From assembly GCA_964247055.1 (NCBI GenBank), contig OZ176056.1, forward strand, positions 6,696,001 through 6,760,000: 64,000 bases of DNA, in the 5' to 3' direction. The DNA comes from Paragordius varius (taxonomy: Eukaryota > Animalia > Nematomorpha). This document shows, piece by piece, positions 13,946-27,100 of the stretch (positions within the stretch are counted from its first letter, which is position 1; every line of letters begins with the position of its first letter). The position numbers were made by a program, and so were the translations under genes. The notes below the pieces were generated by a model. That model ran no database searches, was not told where the DNA came from, and saw only the letters and a program-made list of their open reading frames with translations.

Positions 13946-14210
13946 TGTAGTAAATCAAGAAACCGTAAAACAATAAGATTTATTGAGATAAAATGCAAAA
14001 ACTAAACTACATATAGTTTGCGATGTTTATATACTTTTTGTGAATACAATATTTACATGTTAAGCCAAGGTAAAATAACGTGTGCAGGTTAAATACAAAA
14101 TTGATACAATAGTTTAACTCATATATAAAAGGTCATCAAAATGCATTCAAATCTAATATATAAATTGGTCTCGTCTAAGGTTAACTAACTTGATGTATTC
14201 TAATCTATCA
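13946..14210 (-). repeat. 3' LTR of the gypsy element
   Basis: 265 bp, TGTAG...TATCA. Differs from the other LTR at 4 positions by my reading, all transitions. Confidence 0.95.
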
Positions 14211-14223
14211 TATCTCCTTATCC
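14211..14223 (-). other. Polypurine tract
   Basis: Minus strand GGATAAGGAGATA immediately precedes the 3' LTR. Confidence 0.75.
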
Positions 14224-17200
14224 AAATCCGAGCCGATCTGGTGCTTTTCTTTCCCTAAGAGGAAATCTCCTTTCAGGTTCTTTCTCAGTTGTCTTTTCCG
14301 TTCTTATTTCAACCTGGGTGTCTTTCTCGTTTTCTTTTTCTTTGCTTGGTTCCTCCCCCACCTCCCGATTATTGGTTGTCATCTCTTCATCTGTTTGGTT
14401 TATCGTTACATTATCCTCCTCAACGCCGTTCTCGACTCCGGTCGGCCGTAATTAATCCTCATGCTTGCGAAGTGTTCGATTTCCATCTTTAACCGTGTAC
14501 GAGAGTACCCCTGTTCTCTCCAAAATTGAACCTTTTCTCCACCCTGAATTTATTTCATTCTTTATGTACACTTCTTCGTCCGGTCTAAAAACTTGATTAG
14601 GTATTATGTCGTCCTCTAATTGTTGTGCGGGTGTTTCCCTAATCCAAGAGAAGGGGTTATTAATCTGTCTTTTCAGAAATAAATTATACGGGCACTCTTT
14701 TGTGGCGTTATGTACGGCGGATCGATAACCCCATAACACTTGGTTTATTTTTTTGTCAGGAGTCAGCTTAGAATCCGTTAACGATTTATAGTGTGCTTTT
14801 AAGGTGTAAATGACTCGTTCCACCAGCCCATTTGTTCGTGGATGATAGGGGGCGCTAGTGACGTGTTTGATGTTTGCTCGTTGCAAGGTCTCATTAAAAT
14901 CTTTCGATGCAAAATATGTTGCATTATCGGTAACGATCATTCGGGAAAACCCGTACCTTACACACCAAATTTCCAACCAATGTAGTATGTTTGCAGAATT
15001 AACAGTTCTTAGCAATTCGACTTCAACCCATCTGGAGCTACTATCGATAGCTACTAACCAATACAACCCATCTATAGGACCGGCAATATCAAGATGTATC
15101 CTTTCCCAGATACTCGTATTAAAATTCCATTTGTACGTTGGATTACTTTTTATGTTACTCCGGTTTAACTGACACCCCATACAAGATCTCACATAACTTT
15201 CAATATCTTGGTTTATACCTGGCCAATAAACCCTAGCCTTTGCAGACTCTTTCATTACATTAGCCCCCGAATGTCCAACATGCAAAAATTTTAACGTTTC
15301 ATTTCGCAACGCCCTGGGTATAAACAGACGATCGCCCCAATACAACAAACCATATGATTCTTGTATTTCGTTTCTTATACTCAATACCGAATTTAGAATT
15401 GGAGCTGACCAATCATTATGATGTAGAGCCGATTTTAATACCATCAAAAACTCATCCCGTAAAGTATTTTCTTTCATCCGCTGTACACTTAAGTTGTCAG
15501 TTGTTAGAAAGTTGATTTGCCTGGGTTGCTCCTCCACTTCCTCAGTCGGTTCTTCATACGGTAGACGAGATAACCAATCCGCTAAATTTTCCGAACCATT
15601 AATATATTGTATAGTAAAATTATCATCGGCTGTTCTGAGTATCCATCTTACTAATCTACTATTGTTAATATTACTTAGATCTCTCTTAAAACCAAACAAC
15701 TTGATCAGGGGTTTATGATCGGTTAATAATACGAACTTTCTGCCATACACAAACATTTTAAATTTTTCTAGCGCATATAAATTTGCCCTTGCTTCTTTTT
15801 CAATTACAGAGAAATGTTGTTCTGCCTTCGCACATTTTCGAGACGCAAAAGCTATCGGCCGTTTTCCCTCACTTGTCATATGTGATAAAACTGCTCCGAA
15901 TCCGTCATTCGATGCATCTGTTTCCAACACTAACGGAATGTTCGGGCTAAACGGTATTAGACATAATGCATTACTCACCAACAGTTTAGCTTTATCAAAA
16001 ACCCTCTCTTCTTTTGTCGACCAACACCATATCTTAGAACCTGTAAGCGCATGTAAGTCCGCGATTGTAGCATGCAAAGATGGAATAAAACGAGCGTGAA
16101 AATTTAACATTCCCAAAAAAGACCGAAGTGATGTTTTATTGGTAGGTGTAGGACAATTCAAAATTGCTTTTACTTTTTCGTTATCAGGTTTAATTCCTTT
16201 GTCTGAAATTATATATCCTAAGTATGACACTGAGGAACGAGCTAATTGGATTTTATCCTTTTTTAAGTTCAAACCCACAGCAGCTAATTTGTTCAACACT
16301 TTTTCTAAATTATCCTTATGCTCCATTACCGTTGACTAACAATTACATCATCAACCGCTGTACCTGGACAATCTTTTAATAACTCATCCATAATTTGTTG
16401 AAATATCGTGGGTGCACTAGATATTCCAAATGGCAGTCTCTTAAATCGAAAAAGGCCTATATGTGAACTAAACGTGAGTAAATGTTGATAATCTTGGTGT
16501 ATCGGCATTTGCCAGTAAGATTCTTTTAGATCTAAGGTCGTAAAAACTTTTCCTTGCCCGATTTTAAACACTAACTGATCAAACGTTGGAATCAGATGAT
16601 CTACAGGAACCAGACTTGGGTTTAAAGTAACTCTAAAATCACCACATATGCGAATATCGTTATCATTCTTTTTAACTATTACCAATGGGGTTACCCAGTC
16701 AATTCGTGTTTGCGAGGGGTTTATGGACTCTATACAGACTTTCAAGCCTCTTTAATTCACTCTCCACCTTAGACTGAAGCGGAATAGGTACCCTCCTGGC
16801 CGCAAATCTTTTGGGGATACTCCCTTTTTTGAGAAACAACTTGATGGGTGGTCCCGTGTAACACCCCATACCCTCACAAAACAAATCCTTAAATTTATTC
16901 AATTCCACGTAATTAACATTTTTTACACATACAGGCTCTGGAAATCTGCAATCAAAACTTTTCATCCATGGTAACCCAAAAATGTTACCCCAATCATCCC
17001 TAGTAACCATACATTCCAACTGTTTGACCATACCATTCCATTTCATATCTATCACACATTGTCCCATCACCTCTACACCTTGCTGGTTGAACCCAACTAT
17101 TGGACCCGCGGGAGCTAAGGTCGGCCTCCCAATCTCCATTTACGTGCTCTTCCCAATCAATGATATTTGAGCTCCGGTATCGTACAATATCCTCACCCAA

Positions 17201-17947
17201 TGGCCATTCAGACTTGCTTGCGTTCGGGCTTCATTATTATTATTGTTACCATTCAGTATATTAACGCGCCGGCAACACCTGCCAAAATGACCACGTCCTT
17301 TGCATCGGTAACACTCCTTGTTTGAAGCGGGACACCAGTTGATCGCATGCCCGTATCCACATTTTCCACATTTTTTTCTTATCATCATAACCTGCCTATT
17401 GTCGGGACCCTGATCAATCAAACAGCTGATCCGCCTTTCGTACGCCATTGCCAATTCTACCACCATCTCCAACGTAACCGGTTTCCCATCAACCATTGCA
17501 TCTGGAAATTTTGTGAACAGATCTATTTCCAATCTTTTGAGTTGTAACCCTCCAACAAACCCATCTCTGATTCTTAGCATTGCATCTTGCCCAAAGTTGC
17601 ACCGGGTAGCACATTCCTTTACTCGAATCAAAAAATCCATCACTGATTCCGTGGCTTCCCTTCGGAGTTGCGTAAACTGGAACCTGGCTGCAAACACATT
17701 GTATGTCGGAGCAAATATTTTTTTCCCAGCTGCTACCAAAGCATCCCAGCCCACTTCCTCTAACAGTACGGGATAAAAGAATTTCTTCAACTTTGGAATA
17801 TGGTAGACCAATGTAGGCCAATAGTAAGTTTTTTTTTGTTTCGTCATCTTCTGGAATTAATTTCACTTTTAACATTCTCTTTATATAATCGATATAATCA
17901 TCAAAGCTAGTTGCGGGATCATAGACTTCCAGACTTAATTTCTCCAT
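14218..17947 (-). pseudogene. gag-pol polyprotein pseudogene
   Basis: ATG at 17947 (MEKLSLEVYDP). Frameshifts near 17810, 16740 and 16326. In-frame TAA at 17140-17142 and at 14452-14454. Motifs: protease YDTGAQIS, RT (WVTPLVIVKK..IRICGDF, LPFGISSAP; AV-DD lacking the Yx of YxDD), RNase H ETDASNDG, integrase H..H/C..C, HLDIAGP, VTDNATYF, NGLVER. Past the 14452 stop the frame continues to ...RRFPLRERKAPDRLGFG* at 14218. Confidence 0.93.
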
Positions 17948-17973
17948 GCGCGAATGCAATGAGGTAAAAAAAA

Positions 17974-17986
17974 TTCGACCGCGCCA
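17974..17986 (-). other. Primer-binding site (tRNA-Ser-like)
   Basis: Minus strand TGGCGCGGTCGAA lies 2 nt downstream of the 5' LTR. It resembles the TGGCGCAGTCG tRNA-Ser PBS of insect gypsy elements. The tRNA identity is inferred. Confidence 0.7.
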
Positions 17987-17988
17987 AA

Positions 17989-18253
17989 TGTAGTAAATCA
18001 AGAAACCGTAAAACAATAAGATTTATTGAGATAAAATGCAAAAACTAAACTACATACAGTTTGCGATGTTTATATACTTTTTGTGAATACAATATTTACA
18101 TGTTAAGCCAAGGTAAAATAACGTGTGCAGGTTAAATACAAAATTGATACAATAGTTTAACTCATATATAAAAGGTCATCAAAATGTATTCAAATCTAAT
18201 ATATAAATTGGTCTCGTCTAAGGTTGACTAACTTGATATATTCTAATCTATCA
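17989..18253 (-). repeat. 5' LTR of the gypsy element
   Basis: 265 bp, near-identical to 13946-14210. Confidence 0.95.
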
Positions 18254-19526
18254 ATATGCAATTTTAAAAGGTAAATGTTTTAAATTCATAGATGAAATGC
18301 TTAAATAATCGACTGTAATTGTCTATAAATGGTAAGGTGGATAATTGGAAAAAATAGCTAGCATGGTATCTGTATTTCAATGGGATACCTTAAAAATGTT
18401 AGATATGTTAAATTTTTTAACAACAAAAATTTTAAAGCCCTTTTCATTATGATAAGAAACTAGAAAAAATGTTATTATGCAATCAATGGAAAATATTAAA
18501 AATTTGAAATTTTATTATTTAAAAAAGAAATCATATGGGAACCACTTATTTTGGAGGTAAAACTGGAACCGGACTGATTTCTAAGAATTTTATAAGGGAA
18601 CAGGTGCTTGCAATAAAACCGGAGCTGTTTCTTAGGATGAAATCATAACTAGTTTTGCTAAGGGGTTCCGCTACAAAGATACTGATTTTACCCACCTAAT
18701 AATAACAATATAAATGTTCTTGATGTTTTTTAGAAAAGAGCTAGTGAAGAGATTAAATATTATTTTGGTAACCGAATTCCGTTCTGCTAAAAAAATTTTT
18801 AAATAAAGCGTGTCGGTTTTTTTAGCCTTTCGGTAACGATTTCATTTTTTGAAGGGAAATGGCTTTTGATTTCATATTAGTTTTATTTGTTATATTAACG
18901 AATGGTTTTATTTTACGATGGTAGAAAACATCCAATATGTCAATATAAATTTTGGGAAAGGCGCTTTCATTGAAGAAACAATTATCAGAGTAATTCATTA
19001 TAACTACTGATAAACTCTGTTGCAAATTTTATATATTATTTGAAACCAATTTAAATCTATCCAATTTTAAGCAAGGTTCCGAAAAAAATTTATGTGCTCG
19101 CCTAAAAATATTCTTGTTTTTAAGACTTGATATTATAGAATTGATTAATTATAGCTTTAAAAATATGGAAAAAACAAATTACTTTGATAACATAAATGAT
19201 GTTTATTGATTATGAACCCTAAAATGTTTTTCTCAAAAATCATATAGAAAATCGCTGTGCAAAAACTTTGGATAAAAATAAACTTAGTTAAAATGATATT
19301 CACAATATTTAAATTTATATAGCTTATACTTGTAAAATATTGCATACCCATTATTTCTACAAGGTTTATATACATACAAGGACACAAAAAAACTTATTTT
19401 GACTACACGCTTAGCTAAACCCTACCGTTTCTATGTAAATTTTTATATATTTGTGCTGCCTTCATGAAAATAGCTGGTGGGTTGTTATCATTCTTATACA
19501 CTCATTTTATCGTACCTATAATACTA

Positions 19527-20160
19527 ATGTTTAAAAAATTGTTTCTTGTTTTATATTTTGCCATCCTTTACGGCAGTATAACTGTGTTAAGCCGTACTAT
19601 TTGCTTGGATGAAAAATATTTAATTGCTAAAGGAATCGATGTAAAAAATTTGACACCTCCCGACACCACAGATAGTCATTTAACGCCCACACAAAATTTG
19701 TCATCGAATGAAGGGGAGCCATTTGATTTAGAATCTTTTATTAAAAGTAATCCGGATATGCATCAAACTGTAAATACGGACACTAATTTAACCGATCAAT
19801 TTCTTATAGATCCAGGGGTAATATACCAAGTCATTACATTTTACAAACTTATATCTGTTCAAATAACTTCTAGTTAAGAGTTTAAATACTAATTCTATTT
19901 ATTATGCATTTTAGAGTGATTCATCGGAATTTAGCCCTTTTGTGTCGCAAATTGTGTCACACAATAATGACCCTCTAAGTCACTTTAACCATAACACAAA
20001 TTCTGATGCCGCCACTTTCCAACATTTTCAACCTGGAGGAGGGTTATTATTATCGATTTTGCGAAACGTTTAATACAAGATTAGAATGTATTGATTTGTA
20101 TTATATTTTTATATAATTTTTAGATCAAATTCAAACTATGATATGGGTTATGCCAACTAA
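19527..20160 (+). CDS. Orphan secreted acidic low-complexity protein, about 151 aa, 3 exons
   Basis: Exons 19527-19817, 19915-20042 and 20124-20160 splice in frame with GT-AG introns and T-rich acceptors. Signal-peptide-like MFKKLFLVLYFAILYGSITVLS, then a T/S/D/N-rich body ending GGGSNSNYDMGYAN*. An upstream in-frame ATG at 19464 is possible. Confidence 0.7.
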
Positions 20161-21085
20161 GTGCACTGACAAAAATTTGGTCATATCTACTAGTCAAACA
20201 TACTACTAATGTTTTAATTAATCTTTAATAAATTAAATATCTCAGTACATATATTTTATTTATTACATAAAAAAGCGATACACGCACAAAAGCGGGAGGC
20301 AAAAAGATATCATGGAATATTAAAAAAGTTTAGGATTATCATATGTTTTGGGTTTTGGCCCTGTGTGATTAAATCGGAAAATGGTATTGTGCTACTTTTG
20401 TTTAAAAGTTTAAAAGCTAAATACTTTATATCTAAAATTATAACTAAGTTATATCATAAACTACACACATAAAGCAAAAGAACATTTTTAATATTTTAAT
20501 TTTTTGTCATGTCCAAAATCGCAATTTTTTGCCCTGATGGGCTATTTCACTTAAAACAAAGGGAAAAATTCCGAGATTGAGAAAATTTTAATCAATATGC
20601 CTAAGTTTAATATGAGAAAAAGTTTTTTTCGAAAAAGGGATTTTCGATTAAAAATTTATAAATAGCAAATTTTGTTGAAGCATATTCCATAAATTTGAGG
20701 TATGACAGAAACGGTATAAAATACCTTTTCTATATATCGATGGTCTAAACAGTTTTAATAGAATTTTGATTAAATATTCGATCGTCTTCAAATTTATCTT
20801 AACGAATTCTCAACGAAGCAATGAACTCTAAAAGATTTAGCATAGTCGAATTTTTTTATAATAACTTTTTTATAACATTTGTTAAGCGTTTTTATAACGT
20901 TTCAATCATGCTTCAAAATAATGTAAGCTTCAACAAAATTAGTCAACATTTATTATATGCCATAATTTAGCAAAAATATTTATTTTGAAATCCAGGTATT
21001 TTTGCGTAGAAAATTAGCTTGTTTTAGAAGGGCATTTGGGACTGAAGACCAAATTTTTTATACATTGTACGAAATCGGGATAGAT

Positions 21086-21088
<3 letters not shown>

Positions 21089-21152
<64 letters not shown>
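21089..21152. repeat. (AT)n microsatellite
   Basis: About 32 uninterrupted AT units. Shorter tracts occur at about 21918-21948, 24141-24170, 29124-29158 and 48638-48660. Confidence 0.95.
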
Positions 21153-21155
<3 letters not shown>

Positions 21156-21913
21156 TATTCTAAAAAATGTAGCCGGATTGGTGCTTTTGGTTTTGGTCCT
21201 TATAAGAAATTTATATAGATTTTTGTGGTAAATCCGTATCAAAACCGCAGAGGTTAAGCACATTAAATTTTAGCAAAACTTTAATGAAGCCTACTTCATA
21301 CTATTTTGAGACATGATGGAATCTCTATACAACGCCTTAAGATATTATAAAAACACTTTTAATAATAGTTCGATGATGAACATTTCTATGATTTCAGGAT
21401 TTTATGTAAAATCAATTTAAAAACGAAATATTTTAATTAAAATGAGGTTATAGATACGTTTAGCATCACGAATTATATAGAAACTGACATCTTAAAACGT
21501 GATATACCGCTTCCATCATCTTTAAACTAGTATGAAGTGCGCTTCAACAAAATTTTCATAAATATTAAATATAAAAGTTATGAATTGTTTAAAAATTTTT
21601 TAGTTGATATCAAAATTAACATTTATTTTAAATTTTTATCGCCCAACTCCGGCATTTTCCCGTTTGCTTTGAACTAGCTCAATTTAGAAGAGCAAAAAAT
21701 TTAGGACTCTCGGAGCCCACATTTAAAATTTCTAGAAAGATTGTTTTGCTTTTCATATAGTTTATAATAAGCCTTAAACTACAAAAAAATTATATTTTTA
21801 AAATGATCAAATTTTGCCATTTTCTTATATGGAGGGCTTCTCACAAAAGTGCATATAACTTTCTTATATTACTCGTAAGGGCCAAAATCAGAACTCTTGA
21901 TAATCATAATCAT

Positions 21914-21951
<38 letters not shown>

Positions 21952-22594
21952 CATCAGATTATTTTTTAATACTCAGAATTATGCAGTTGAATATATCTTA
22001 TGTTTGAATGATATTTTATAGAATTAAACATTTAGCCTACTCAAAAATTTAAAACATAATGTACGTAAACGTAATTACCACAGAGGGAGAAATAATTTTA
22101 ATTTATTTTCGGCTCAACTAAAAGTATCATGAGCCTGATTATTTGTTCTCATATATATTTAATCAAGATATATGAAAATAATTAAATTTTAAAGTCCAGC
22201 TTTTAGAAAATTATACGTAATAAAAAGGGGAGCGTGAAAAACCTAATCTATTGATTTTAATATTTTGAAAAAATCGCAAAGAGATCAGCGCAGCGGTCAA
22301 CAAGCGTAACATTATATAATGGCGAACTGCGTAGGGAGGAACATCATATCTGGCCATTTTATTATAAAAGTTATATCCTTATCTTAAAATTTGGTTGGAA
22401 ATTATATTTTAATTTATTTAAGATTGCGCTGGGATTAACCCCATAAAGCATTATAATAGTAAAACATACATTTGATAACTATTTTATCAATTGGCCAATT
22501 ATATTAACATCTGATAATCCTTCATAGCATTTGGCAAGATGATTAAAGGTGATAAATTTGAACCAGGGCAACTTTGTATTTTTAGAACGACATA

Positions 22595-24135
22595 ATGTAT
22601 TATCCAATAATTCAGATACCTAGTTTGGAGCTTGCGGTAAAATATAAAATCTATAAAATATTATCTAGCTAATAAAAAATAATTATAAGTGTATTCTATC
22701 TTCTCTTTTATAATTGTTTGTTGTACCTTTATAGAAATATATTACTTTGATAAATTGGGAAAAGTTTCAATCAATCGATGTGGAAAAAGAGATTATATTT
22801 CCATACATACAGGAGGATGGCATCAATTACGGAATGAAGCATAATTATAATAGTCATTTACAACAGTTTACCAGACAATTTAACGCAGTATATATTTTTT
22901 TAATATTTTAACTTTACAAATAAATATTTTTTTGCTGAATATTTATTAAACATAATCTTATATATATTTTATGCAATAATTTGTCGAAATGCATTAATCA
23001 ATAATACCTAATTAACGGTTAAAAATTAATAAATTGCAAATTAAAATGAATCAGTTAATATACCTTTACCGATTGGTGATTAAATAAACGTATATAAATA
23101 TGATTATCATTCGAAGTATATAAAATATTAATCAACACACTTTCGAATTTTTAAAAGATTATTATATTTTTTATCGTCAGAAACCATCCCTCTTTATATA
23201 TTGATATAGAACTTGTTTTGTTTTAGAAGGTTTTTTCGGATTGCTCACCGAAATAGTTAATAATTTTTTTCATTAGAATTTTTGTAAAAAAATTTTAGAT
23301 CGTAAAAAGGTTTTGACTTGCCGTTATAATCACAGCTTTATTTAATCATAGTTTTTAATTTTAGCAACTTTTTACACTATAAATATTGAAATTTAGACTG
23401 CAATATTGTGTATTTTTTTACATTTATAATATTTCTTAAAGTGTTTTTCTCTAAATTGTTTTAAGCTTACTTTTTGGGTCATATGTGAAGTCCTCAAATG
23501 TCAAGATATTCGTTATCGTGTAAAAACACTCATTTATGCAATCAAACTTGCCAAGGTTGTTTTGTTTTTTTTATCATTTGTAATTGAATTACCAATCTTA
23601 TTTTTTATAATCATTATTTTTGATTCGCAGTTAGTTTTTAGCTGGAGTTTTAAAACTTTATTCAAATATATTATTTAAATAATAGTTTTTCGATTTTATA
23701 AATTTATTTTATTTGGAAAATAAACGGCAGCTTAATATCAACCAAATCGCTAAATTTGAGTATTTACTGTGGAAAGTTTTAATTAATTAATAATTTAAAG
23801 GGTTAAAGAAATATTAAATTATTTGATAAAAAATATTTCGATTTTATTATACATAAAACATATATTATTTGTTTTAGAAATTATATGCCTTAAACAATTT
23901 ACATGCTCTGTTCGCCGTTTTAACAGGTCTGCAAAGCGCACCAATTCATAGACTTAAACTTACCTGGCAGGTATAATTTGAAAATTTAAAATTATTTTTG
24001 AACAGAAAAATAATTATAAGACAGTTAGAAACATTTTTGAGACAAAACATAAAATAACTACTAATATTATTTTAATGAAAAACCATATGTTTTGATTTTT
24101 TTCATGCAATTTATTTTGAATCAAAAAATGTGTTG

Positions 24136-24174
<39 letters not shown>

Positions 24175-27100
24175 CTATTTTTTAATTTGCTGTTATCAAT
24201 TTCCCACATAAATGGTGTTTTTTTGCGCTTATAAAATTACTATAGCAAGTTCCAAAACGGTATATGAACGTGGTTGAACGATTGTCTGAGCTATTTTCTC
24301 CAACCGATAATCATGCAAACTTACGAAGGCATTTAGAAAGACTCAGTCTTCCAGGGATCCCTTATATTGGTTTACTAAATATTTTTGAGTTTTTCTTAAA
24401 AGGGTTAAATTTTAAATTAAATGAATGTAGGGAAATGTTTTCTTTAAAAATTATACAGACAAAAAATTAAAACGCAAATATTTTTTTAAAAAGTTAACCA
24501 TACTTTTTCATTACCTTGATTTTTGCCACAAACTACTATTTAATTTCGATATTTAATTGAATTCAACAATTTACAATTATTCCTTATTTTGCTACCCTAA
24601 ATAATGATAATTATTTAAAAATGAGATTTTATAATAAGGCTTTATTACAATATTTTTGTTTTTTCGTTTTGTCTATATAAAATTTTTCCCTGTATATTTT
24701 TAGGTATATTTTTAACCGATTTAACTTACCTTCAAACGTGTCGTCAAAAATTGAAACAAAAAGAATTACATGATGAGCGATATTCTTTTCTCCATGGGTC
24801 AAATGGTGTTTTTGCTACAACCAATTATGATATATATCAAAATAATCATGATAATTTAATTAACCTTGATACGACTACTAATTTCAACTATTTTACAGAA
24901 CCAATATATAATAATCCATATGGTAATGTTGATAAGAATATGGACCTTGATCGATGTTTTCGACCGACTCCTAACAAAAAAAATGTATCATTTAACATTA
25001 ACAACCATAGCAATGGTCACAAAAATATTATCCAATTAAAAAATGACAAAAATGGTATAAATGGTACAGGAAATGTAGATCAACGCATTAGCTATATACG
25101 GCAAATATTACATGGATATCAAGCTTCAAATTACGGTAATACATTTTAAATGTCTTTTGTATGATGATTGTATACTATTTTTTACTTTTTTGAATTTAAA
25201 TACAATATAAAAAGTTCAAAAAAGCGGTTTCGAATCGAGCTTTTTTTATTTAGCAATTTCATTTTTCAAACAATTAGTTTTCAAACGGCAAGGCGGTTTA
25301 TAATGCGCAATTTAGGATATGAAATTAATTCTTTAATATCCGTTTTGAATTAAATCTTGGGGATTGTTTTTTTCAGCTTATTATTTTCATCATATGTTAG
25401 ACTTTCTCAATCATTCAAACACTAACAATGCCATTATTTATCCTAAAAATGTTGCTATCAATGGACAAAATGGCGGCCAACAATTTTTAGGCACTTTGAA
25501 TCCACGGTTAAGATCCCTAATGCCTAAAGTAACTCACAATAATATAAACAGTAGCCACAATCATCAAACAATGCTACATGTTAAACTAAATGGAAACCTC
25601 CGTAAAGCTATTCGATTAAAACCTGAATATCAACGGTATGCATATCAAATTATTTTTGGTATTGAACGACCATACGATACATTTATAACTGTTAATAATA
25701 ATCACGATAATCGCAACTCCTGTAAAAATGATAAATGCGGTACCCAATATAATAGTTGTAATAATCGAATAAATCCACCACCCTTGAATTTGCGGACGAT
25801 AGAAACGGAATTGTATAACCAAAGTTTACGTCTTGAACCCTTACCGGCTGTTCGACAAAATAGACGTGTTTCACAAAATCATGAGGAGATGAATAATATT
25901 GCTAGTGATATAAACACTTTGGTACATTCCCGTGATTCAATGGTTAAGTTAAATGAACCGCAACATACTAACAAACCTAATTATATACCTTACAATAATA
26001 ATAATCCCCATGGACAATCGTCGACCTGTAGTAATTTGTGGCAAAACAATCTCTTTTTCCAACAACTCAACATATTCCTCAAACAATTAATGCGTCGAAT
26101 TGATTTACTCGACTTTAGCACGGCTGATGGCAGAGATCATCAAGCCCAGGGTGACACTTACAACCCAAATTTGATTTCCAACTCTTATAATAATAATGAT
26201 GATTATGATAATGATTCAAACAATGCCGAAAGAAGCGCCGACATAAATGAAACATTGACTAACGAAGCTAACCGATTTAATATCACATCCACGTCTAATG
26301 ATGGAGATGATTTGACCGGTTTCAATTCTCGTACACATTTAATCCCTGATAGTAGTGATTTAAAGTCACACAACAAAAAAGATGTGACATCTCAACGATA
26401 TAAACCACAAGAAGCTAAAAGCTCGTTTGGTCCATCAATTAATTTTCTTGGAAGCAACGAAGTTGACGAGGATGAAATGTCAAACAAATTATTTTTATTA
26501 CCTAAAAATGGGTTACTCACAAACGTTATCACATCATATCACAATAATAGGAGCGACGAAAATTCAAATGGAGCCTATATATCAAAATCACCCTATTACA
26601 AACTTGAAGAATCTATGAGCCCGTCGTGGGAAGATGAGACAAACAATAATGCTGCTGGAGAAAATTATATCTATGAACCGAGTATCCTTATGAATGGCAA
26701 ACTGTTTGTTAAATCATTCAATCTACAAACTAATCAGGTATTGATTTTTACCCTTAATTCCATAGAATTTAGTAATCTCTGTTTTGTTAGCAAGAGATAG
26801 TTAAAAAAGGTTTCTAGATGTATTATTATTTTTATTTTAAGCACTGTTTTGGAAGATTTTTTGTTTTATAACAATCCGCTTTAAAGTCTTTAAAACATGT
26901 TTTATTTTGTATCTTATTACAAAACTTACAGTGTCATTTTTCCTTTTTTTCGCCAAAAATAAACCAATCTAGTGATCCTATTGAATGTCTTTAATTACTA
27001 TTGATTGTTTATTGTATATGAATTGTTTTTTTTTTCAATCGATTTCCATATTATCTAAGGCGCAAACTTATATCTTTTATTCTATTTTAGACTACACCAC

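Larger units (their letters stand above)
13946..18253 (-). mobile_element. Full-length Ty3/gypsy LTR retrotransposon (Mag-like clade), inactivated
   Basis: Two 265-bp TG...CA LTRs, 5-bp TSD ATATG (13941-13945 and 18254-18258), PBS and PPT. Domain order is gag-PR-RT-RH-IN. Gag has the paired Cys-His motif CGKCGYGH..NWCPA..KEC.RC...GHF..C typical of Mag-type elements. Confidence 0.97.

Noticed and set aside
14289-17776. + strand ORFs overlapping the retrotransposon (14289, 14858, 15494, 16139, 16982, 17347, 17513)
   Set aside because: Antisense shadows of gag-pol. No env-like or extra gene is evident.
21024-22021. ORFs with IYIYIY runs
   Set aside because: Translations of (AT)n microsatellites.
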